Assembly: GCA_051313645.2 (NCBI GenBank)
Contig: JBNRSN020000007.1
Location: forward strand, 247,132,001 to 247,196,000
Length of the DNA: 64,000 nucleotides
Source: Centroscyllium fabricii
Lineage: Eukaryota
Direction: 5' to 3'
Shown here: in pieces, positions 62,084 to 64,000 of the stretch
How positions within the stretch are numbered: the stretch's first letter is position 1
How the letters are laid out: every line of letters starts with the position of its first letter
Notes under the pieces: model-generated
Database searches by the model: none
The model's input: only the letters and a program-made list of their open reading frames with translations
What the model was told of the DNA's origin: nothing
Made by a program: the position numbers and the translations under genes

Positions 62084-64000
62084 CTGTGGGGAAAGGCTAT
62101 GTATCACAACTGCAGAGCAAGCATCCTCTTCCCTTGCAATGTTTCATTGCCAAAAGAGCTATTGCAGTTGAGTGGTTGTGACAGTGAAGAGCTGGATATG
62201 TTTAGATTTTCTTAGGAGCTTCTGCTTCCCCTTAATTATTTGTTTGTCTTTTCCTTGTCCATTTTCTCTTCCTAAAAGAGTACACTTGCATTGAGGCTGC
62301 GTTTAACTCCAATGTTCTTTTTGGTACGGCCATCAAATTGGCAGAAGTAAATTCTCTGCTTTTGTGTTACCACGTCATCCGCATGATGCAAAGCCTGGAA
62401 GCGATTGCGTTTCTTCCACACCCGGCTCGTTTAATTTATTCTACAAATAGCAGGAGCAGAGGAGACAATCTAGCCAAATCTTCCCTCTGTGACTGGATGC
62501 TTCGTGCTTCCCTTTCTCCGAGGAACTTCCTTGTTTCACAATTTTGGAGGGGGCTATGATTTGCAGGGAACCAAATCTATTTCAGTTTGTCCAAACATCA
62601 GTATAAAATGGCTCCTGAAGACCCCTGCAGTACAGTATTTGAACTTCAAATAGTTTAGGTTTTAACTTCTTTGTCCTACAGTTTCCAATGTAAGAATTGG
62701 ATAAAGCTGTGGACTCTGGACTCTCCGTAGTCTCTAACGTGCTTTTTAGCGTCTCGCTCGCGGAGCAGAAATAAAGCGAGCAATGTTGTGGGGATTTCCC
62801 CTTCGGTTGGGGCTCAGGATGATGCTGATAGATAACAGCTTCTTGATGAGCCGGTCTCTGAGTTTTGATTGGCACTTATTATTTTATTGAATAAAATTGC
62901 TGCTTCATTCTTGTGGATACGTTTTGCTAGTTATCAGTGTCGAAGTGTCTTGTATAAAAAGTCTAAAGGTTTTGTTTAGCACTTAAGAAATTTAGCCCAA
63001 TACCCGAGAGTTCAGCCAACTTAGAAACCGAACTCTGCGGAGGAAGTGTGAGGTTTTAATGCTATGGGGCAGGAAGGTTTTATGGTTATGAGGAGATGAT
63101 GTCACTGAAATCAGCATTTGTTTATAAATAGATTTCTGATATTTAAGCACAAAATGTTGGGGCCAAATTATTGCTTTAGAGCTATGGATTATTTTTGAAA
63201 TGAATATTTTAAAGATTATCCTGCAAAGTTATCTCAGCCAATTTAAGGTGTGGGTTTATTTACTGAACTGTGTGAGAGTGCGCATACATACACATACATT
63301 GCAGAAGGAATGGACTTTGAGCCCTGTTGGTAGACTTGGGAGAAGTTACGGAAAGCTTAGTTGAAAAGATGGATTTTAAGGTTTTTAAAGGTGAAGTGTG
63401 GCTCAGGGTGGGAGTTCCAGACAGCAGGGCTGGTAGATGGATTTATCTTTCTCATGCATTTCATTTTTATCTTTTGTTCCTCCCACAAAACTCCTGCGAA
63501 GGAAAGTGCTATCATTGTTTTTAACCCCAGAGTTCTGAGGTTTTGCTTTGTGTTGATTGAACATTTGTAATAATGGCAGGGAGCTCTAAAATAGTCGGAC
63601 ACATGTTTCCCCAATGATTATCCACATGAGCTTTTCAACAGGCGGCGTGAGGAGATAAAGTACCTCCTCCCTCCTCCTGCTGTATCTATTCCCCACCCGC
63701 AAAGAGGGGAAGAGAGAGGGAGGGGAAAACATCAAGCGCCTATCCATACTGTTCACAAACTACCTTGCAGTCTACTTTTAGAAGAAGCCAGAACAAATGT
63801 TGCTTGCCTCACTCCCTTTGGGGGTGGGGGGAGGAACAAAATTAGGCAGAAGCAAATTTTTTTATTTTTTTTAAGTGGAAGAGGAGGAAAGTGTTTGGCA
63901 CAGTTTATAAAAAAAAAAAAAAAAAGCGACTGTGCATTTCTGCCTTGGTAATCCGACTCTGCTAACACAGGCTGTTTGCTGAAAAAATTGAGTTCAGGTA

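Overview
Eukaryotic, repeat-dominated DNA. The repeat families (CR1 LINEs with esterase ORF1, HE1-like V-SINEs, Deu-domain SINEs, Penelope-derived hammerhead repeats) point to a cartilaginous fish (shark); this is an inference. I found no intact host protein-coding gene, and most ORFs in the track are LINE/Gypsy remnants or antisense/GC-repeat artefacts. Main discovery: two ~2 kb copies of one non-autonomous DNA transposon family (12210-14242, 20853-22944). They share CAGGG termini, GGGCAAG subterminal motifs and 6-bp TSDs, but their interiors are unrelated mosaics of captured GC-rich gene 5' ends: QKI exon 1, a CENPW-like exon 1, and an unidentified signal-peptide exon. This resembles a vertebrate Pack-MULE/Pack-TIR gene-capturing system. 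Second: two diverged Gypsy elements lack a tRNA PBS; the PBS position instead pairs, with compensatory changes, to the LTR ATTAAA region. Also present: a three-LTR recombinant Gypsy, NRF1/YY1-motif-rich Tc1/mariner MITEs, minimal hammerhead motifs, a twin-primed RTE LINE and several nested insertions. Coordinates were read by eye; LINE boundaries are approximate.
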